From NCBI RefSeq assembly GCF_001194135.2, contig NC_068983.1, forward strand, positions 11,058,011-11,122,010: 64,000 bases of DNA, given 5' to 3'. This document shows, piece after piece, positions 63,877 to 64,000 of the stretch (position 1 is its first letter; every line of letters begins with the position of its first letter). The DNA is from Octopus bimaculoides. Lineage: Eukaryota. The translations under genes and the position numbers were made by a program. The notes below the pieces were generated by a model that was not told the origin of the DNA, searched no databases, and saw only the letters and a list, made by a program, of their open reading frames with translations.

Positions 63877-63999
63877 GAAGCATTTAACAAAATAGAAGGG
63901 GATATAGCATCATACAACGTGGAAGACAATTGGAGATTTCTGCGGGACAACCTGTTGAAAGCCACCGACCAGATTTGTGGGTGGTGTAAGGTCCCCTCC
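63877..63999 (+). mobile_element. RTE-type LINE ORF fragment running off the window end
   Basis: Open frame EAFNKIEGDIASYNVEDNWRFLRDNLLKATDQICGWCKVPS resembles the inter-domain region of RTE ORFs; abuts a truncated SINE. Confidence 0.6.
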
Positions 64000-64000
64000 C

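Overview
AT-rich, intron-scale animal DNA with several N-gaps, very dense in microsatellites and tRNA-derived SINEs. The repeat content suggests a coleoid cephalopod, probably Octopus (inference from repeat style, not a database match). One protein-coding gene is supported: a VGLL4/Tgi-type vestigial-like Hippo-pathway co-repressor on the + strand, with three spliced coding exons (40738/40781-41222, 47099-47215, 53006-53277; GT-AG phase-1 introns; 276 aa from the ATG at 40781). It carries three Tondu (TDU)-like motifs, an RPSVITC motif and a PLNLS motif. Nearly all ORFs in the supplied track are microsatellite, SINE or gap artefacts. The most striking non-coding signal is two unrelated head-to-head palindromic elements (6992-7329 and 43373-43888) whose arms contain minimal type I hammerhead-ribozyme folds pointing outward from the centre. 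The 7.2 kb + strand copy has a complete core. The 43 kb element places divergent tRNA-derived Pol III promoters upstream of its two ribozyme copies. Also present: decayed RTE and L1/Tx1 LINE fragments, a mariner remnant, piggyBac-like and pogo-like MITEs, a tRNA-Thr-derived element with an inverted arm, a 49-bp hairpin minisatellite and a 117-nt near-perfect hairpin. All folds and alignments were done by eye.
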